Shown here piece after piece: positions 60,603 to 64,000 of a stretch of DNA of 64,000 nt. Source of the DNA: Convolutriloba macropyga (taxonomy: Eukaryota). The notes beneath the pieces are model-generated. The model was not told the DNA's origin. It did no database searches and saw only the letters and a program-made list of their open reading frames with translations. A program made the translations under genes and the position numbers. Location: positions 4,898,001-4,962,000 of the forward strand of contig NC_134474.1 of assembly GCF_964194025.1 (NCBI RefSeq). Direction: 5' to 3'. The first letter of the stretch is position 1, and each line of letters opens with the position of its first letter.

Positions 60603-61895
60603 ATAATACCTTCAGAAGCCACTCACAGCTCCTTGGACTTATTTGAAAAACCGCCTTTATTAGTTACCTTTGACCAATCATTTGAGCAAAAAACTGGACC
60701 ACTTTGTTCTCCCTCCGGATCATCGCTTGAATTTGAAGTGGTAGGCGACCGCAACAATTTCATAGATTTGCAGAAAATTTATTTGGAAGTAAAATGTCGA
60801 ATACAAAATGCTGATGGAACTGATTTGCGATATACAGCCGGCGATGCAACCGCAACCGATGCCGCATATTTTGTCATCAATGTTCTTCATTCACTGTTCG
60901 CCGACTGCACCGTTTCTGCAAATGGAATAAAAATTTCCTCAGCTAATGGACACTATGCTCACAAAAGTTTCATTGAAACAGAATTCTCCCATGGAACAGA
61001 TGCAAAAAAACATGGTTAAAGTGTCAAGGTTACGAGTATGAGCCGAACCCCGCTGGTATTGTTGCAGCTTCAAGGGATGCAAGGCAGGTAGCTGTGAGAC
61101 AATCGGAACAAATTACTTTATATGGAAAGCTCGCTGTTGATTTCTTTTCCTGTGAAAAACATTTAGTAAGTGGTGTTACCTTGAGACTTTCTTTCCGAAG
61201 GTCGCAAGATTCTTTCGTTACCATTTGTGAAATGGCAGCAAAAAATTACAAAGTGAAAATCGATGAAGCAAATTTATTTGTTAGAAAGATGACAGTGTCA
61301 GATAATGTTGTTGGAGCCATTGAAAAAACACTTATGAAAACTCCGGCAATGTATCGCTACAATGAAGTGATAACAAAAACTTTCCTTGCAACAGCAGGCC
61401 AACGGAGTTGGAAGCATGAAGATATTTTCACAAAAGAACCAATCAGGCGACTGATTGTTGCATTGTGCAGGAGCAATGCATTCATAGGAACTAACAATGT
61501 TAATCCCTACCACTACCGTAAAATTGATTTAAGCGAAATTACGGTCTACCGAAGCGGGTTCGCAACAGCCGGCACACCGATGTCAACAATTGATAGCAAA
61601 CGCTTGTATTACAATTCAATGAGTGCATTAGCTTATGTTGAACGGTCGTGGAATACCACTAAGTGATTTTGCGAACCATTTTATTATGGTCTTTGACCTG
61701 ACTAGCACACAGGAGGCGACACACGATTTTATTCATCCCGAACTGACAAACTCTTCTTTATCGGTTGAACTGAAATTTGATGCTGATTTGCCAAACAACA
61801 TTGAAGTTTTTTTCCTGGGAGAAAAATCATCTACTGTTTACATTGACTCTGCAAGAAACGTATCCAATTATGTTCTGCCTATGAATGCTTACTAA
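60603..61895 (+). pseudogene. Major capsid (hexon/PY, double jelly-roll) protein, frameshifted
   Basis: SSLDLFEKPP, LEF...FIDL, NVLHSLF, YAHKSFIET, LFVRK, FDLT; three overlapping frames. Confidence 0.88.
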
Positions 61896-62345
61896 TGGAT
61901 GAAGACCAAATTTATATTCAAGTGCAAAAGTGCAAGCATCTCAAATTTAAATTTCGAGGTGTTTATGCAGCCGACAATTATCCCTTAAAGTTACCAGTTA
62001 ACAGTTTTATAATTGTAAATGCATCGCGAGCTGAATCTATTGGTACACATTGGGTGATACTTGCAAAACGCATACCCAGTACTATACTTTGCAGATCCGT
62101 TAGCACTACCTCTAACAGCCTACAAGGATATTTTCTCCCGCTTGCAGCAATGTACTGATTTGCATATGATGATGGATATTATGGAACACAGAAGGGATAT
62201 CCAATATCCTCTGCAATCACCAGACTCACAACTCTGCGGTTTATTTTGCATTTATATTGCGCATTATTTTTATAGCAATAAATTTCCATTTGTACCGGAT
62301 GTAGATGAATTGCAATTTCTAGCATTTGTAAAACATATGGAGTAA
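61895..62345 (+). pseudogene. Adenain-like cysteine maturation protease, frameshifted
   Basis: FRGVYAAD, IVN....GTHW, YFAD, LQ....CGLFC (His/Asp/Gln/Cys). Confidence 0.88.
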
Positions 62346-62377
62346 GCTGAATTAAAATTTTCAATCACAACAATATT

Positions 62378-63010
62378 TTAGACGCTAGAATTTTTACAGA
62401 ACTGAAAGTTTATTAAATAGTCCGAAGTCTCACGTACAAAACTCCCTTGTCCACTCAAAAGAATATCCATAATCTGATAAAGAGAAGATGAATGTTCACC
62501 CAGCATTAGTTGACAAAACCGTTTAATGGTTACATCAGGAATAGTAGTAGAACGTTTGTTAGAAGTTGTAGTAGTGATGGTTGAAAGAACTTCCTTAGGA
62601 CTTGGTGACGGAAGTTGTTTTTTAGTTTTGTTCAATGAAGTTTGATTTGATTTCGACAAATACTCCACAGCGACATGTAAGCGAGAAATAATAGCACCAA
62701 ATGTAACAAAATTTTTCTCCGTAGGCAAAATGAGGAATTTGAAGCAAGTCACGAGACAAGGTATCGCCGCAGGAGCATACGGAGAAAAAACAATATTATC
62801 TTCCGAACTTGTATTCTGAAAAATAAGATGCCAATGGCTGGAACCAAACGCACAACCAGTAATATCAACCGAAGGCGGATGAAAACCGTATGCATAATTC
62901 TCTATTCCAGTGTCCTGTAGTTGTGGTTCTGTATCACAAATGGTGTACTTGAAACGTTTTTGAAATTTTTTGAAGTATTCAGGACTATTCTCGTACATAG
63001 CCTCAACCAT
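62378..63010 (-). CDS. Polinton hypothetical protein with an HUH-like motif
   Basis: Intact 210 aa; YAYGFH...HWHLIF. Confidence 0.55.
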   Translation of the reverse strand: MVEAMYENSPEYFKKFQKRFKYTICDTEPQLQDTGIENYAYGFHPPSVDITGCAFGSSHWHLIFQNTSSEDNIVFSPYAPAAIPCLVTCFKFLILPTEKNFVTFGAIISRLHVAVEYLSKSNQTSLNKTKKQLPSPSPKEVLSTITTTTSNKRSTTIPDVTIKRFCQLMLGEHSSSLYQIMDILLSGQGSFVRETSDYLINFQFCKNSSV

Positions 63011-63129
63011 AGTAAGAGACTAAACTAAATGAACAAATGTTGACAGTGAGTAAATTTGGAAGTTGAGTGAGTAGTTATTCTGAGTCATTATTAACTATGA
63101 TGTCTGATTTTGCTGTTGTTTTCGGGCGC

Positions 63130-63465
63130 TTAGTCAGAAGCTTCCCTGGACGTTTCGCTGGGGATTGAGTCGCTGGTTGAATCAGGTTTCAGTAGCGGAT
63201 CAATCAAGCCAACTGGTGTTTCAAACATTTGTTCAATTTTTACTATGTTCTGACATAGCAACCGGAACTCTCGCGCAGCAAGTGTAATTTTCTGATTAAA
63301 GTCCCAATCAATTTGTTCACTATCACGTTCGAACAGTTTCAATGATAAATAAGTTCCAGTGGTATGATATGTCTTAACAGCAACCCTAACAAGCCGTTTT
63401 TCATTAAGTGAGAGATCCAAATGAAAGTCGCTAAATTCAGGATCCTTAGACAAAACACTTCCCAT
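63130..63465 (-). CDS. PC4-like ssDNA-binding protein
   Basis: RLVRVAVKTY...YLSLKLF...KITL...EF..L pattern. Confidence 0.6.
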   Translation of the reverse strand: MGSVLSKDPEFSDFHLDLSLNEKRLVRVAVKTYHTTGTYLSLKLFERDSEQIDWDFNQKITLAAREFRLLCQNIVKIEQMFETPVGLIDPLLKPDSTSDSIPSETSREASD

Positions 63466-63669
63466 TATCTTAGAAATTAAAAAAAACAAACTGTATCCAG
63501 GTTACCCGAAGAATGAAATGACTAATAACGTTACAGTTTAACGGATTGTAAACAGTTTTATGCCCCACGCCAAGTTGTCTAGACATAATAAACGTTAAAC
63601 AAACAAACCCTCCATCCTATAATACTCACGTAAACAAACATAACTTTGACCCAGTTGTTTAAATCAGCT

Positions 63670-63864
63670 ATGTCGTTTCCGCAAAACATACGTTTCAAAA
63701 GATCGAAAAAAGTTTACCCTGAAGCAAAACCTATTCAATGTCACAATTGTCCCAGACAATTTAATAACTTTCACTCCCTAATGCAGCATCGTAGGGCCAA
63801 GCACCATAACAATCAGAACATAAAACATTTTCACAAGTCTCGGTCATTGAAGCCCAAAAACTGA
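63670..63864 (+). CDS. C2H2 zinc-finger ORF, possibly the N-terminus of a larger disrupted gene
   Basis: CHNCPRQFNNFHSLMQHRRAKH. Confidence 0.6.
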   Translation: MSFPQNIRFKRSKKVYPEAKPIQCHNCPRQFNNFHSLMQHRRAKHHNNQNIKHFHKSRSLKPKN

Positions 63865-64000
63865 TAAGTTCTCAATGGCAATGGACAGATTGGCTCGCTT
63901 GATGGAATCTATTTATATTTCCCGTGAAAATTCCAGTTGAGCTTAGATAGTCAATATGACCTAAGTCTATTTATAGACATGACGGAATAATGATGAAATG

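Larger units (their letters stand above)
53600..64000 (+). mobile_element. Polinton/Maverick (adintovirus-like) endogenous virus, decayed, continuing beyond the window
   Basis: AGTAGT terminus; ATPase, rve integrase, minor and major capsid, adenain protease and accessory genes densely packed without introns. Confidence 0.93.

Noticed and set aside
63646-64000. Protein-primed DNA polymerase B
   Set aside because: Only a C2H2 finger is visible; no Exo or Pol motifs within the window

Overview
AT-rich, repeat-dense animal genomic DNA with spliceosomal introns and five N-gaps; it looks invertebrate, and acoel is my unverified guess. Three host genes lie on the + strand: a 10-exon NDC80/HEC1 kinetochore gene (4682-18071), a SCO1-family copper chaperone (about 20979-37747, with a 12.6-kb intron) and the first coding exon of a WASP/N-WASP gene (50973-51145, present twice). 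From 53600 to the window end lies a decayed Polinton/Maverick (adintovirus-like) element, apparently inside the WASP intron. It has an AGTAGT terminus and genes for a PLA2-like protein, DEDD exonuclease, small membrane protein, packaging ATPase, rve integrase, minor and major capsid, pVII-like core protein, adenain protease, HUH-like, PC4-like and C2H2 proteins. Other mobile DNA includes a decayed CRE-like RT/RLE retrotransposon, an RT-deleted CR1/L2-group LINE, foldback MITEs, and more than 20 non-autonomous Helentron (HINE/DINE-like) elements in three families. Some of the Helentron copies carry a tRNA-like module, and one has seeded a 12-unit ~320-bp tandem array. The most novel signal is a 35-nt spliced-leader-like motif that heads two otherwise unrelated SGNH-esterase-like ORFs 30 kb apart, suggesting SL-capped, retro-mobilised esterase-only elements.
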